DNA of 58,208 nucleotides from a virus (Duplodnaviria; Caudoviricetes): IMG/VR virus record IMGVR_UViG_3300036945_000096, positions 1 to 58,208 of that record; one strand, 5' to 3'. Shown piece by piece: positions 57,820 to 58,208 of this stretch (position 1 is its first letter; each line of letters starts with the position of its first letter). The notes under the pieces were generated by a model. It saw only the letters and a program-made list of their open reading frames with translations, ran no database searches and was not told where the DNA came from. The position numbers and the translations under genes were made by a program.

Positions 57820-58208
57820 ATGGCCTTTCCAAAAGCAGTTGGCTACGGGAATCTACCTAATGGTAATTTCTCGCCAGTCATCTATTCAAAGCAAGTACAA
57901 CTTGCATTCCGTAAAGCGTCTACTGTTGAAGACATCACCAATAATGATTACTTTGGTGAAATCGCAAACATGGGCGACAGTGTCAAAATCATTAAAGAAC
58001 CTGAAGTGTCTGTACAGAGCTATGCTCGTGGTACACAGATCACTGCTCAAGATCTGAATGATGAAGACTTCACCTTGGTTGTTGACCAAGCTAACTACTA
58101 CGCTTTCAAGATTGATGACATCGAAGCAGCTCACTCACATGTGAACTTCATGCAGATGGCTTCTGATCGTGCAGCGTATCGTTTGCGTGATCAGTATGAC
58201 CAAGATGT
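57820..58208 (+). CDS. Major capsid protein, 5' part (missed by ORF track; runs off the end)
   Basis: AGGAGG RBS; MAFPKAVGYGNLPNGNFSPVIYSKQV...GEI.N.GD.V.I. Confidence 0.93.
   Translation, partial: MAFPKAVGYGNLPNGNFSPVIYSKQVQLAFRKASTVEDITNNDYFGEIANMGDSVKIIKEPEVSVQSYARGTQITAQDLNDEDFTLVVDQANYYAFKIDDIEAAHSHVNFMQMASDRAAYRLRDQYDQD

Noticed and set aside
57839-58057. 72-aa ORF from the track
   Set aside because: Out-of-frame shadow of the capsid gene that starts at 57820.
58082-58208. 127-bp terminal repeat as a biological DTR
   Set aside because: It interrupts the capsid gene and 127 is a common assembler k-mer length, so it is most likely a circularisation overlap.

Overview
This window is a complete, circularly permuted dsDNA tailed-phage genome of about 58,081 bp; positions 1-127 repeat 58082-58208, which looks like an assembly overlap that splits the major capsid gene. 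It is podovirus-like, with an N4-gp56/HMO-2011-like capsid and no phage RNA polymerase. The + arm (47158-58081 then 1-24222) holds small basic proteins, terminase, portal, scaffold, capsid, tail, lysis genes (GH19 endolysin, embedded spanins, so a Gram-negative host) and large internal virion proteins. The - arm (45700 down to 24205) holds many small early genes, GP88-like, DUF932, ADP-ribosylglycohydrolase, tyrosine recombinase, T7-like primase-helicase, PolA, SSB, exonuclease, ThyX and class I RNR. The best candidate for an undescribed system is a shared [FYML]-[AN]-x-G-G motif found 12 times in four late proteins. It brackets two ADP-ribosyltransferase-like cargo domains that share a leader peptide; a candidate processing domain sits in the usual prohead-protease gene slot and an ADP-ribosylhydrolase lies in the early arm. 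A 1.45-kb non-coding region between the arms carries five DnaA boxes, long hairpins, a Fur-box-like palindrome, a G-tract and a possible structured RNA. All family calls are by eye from motifs; no searches were run.
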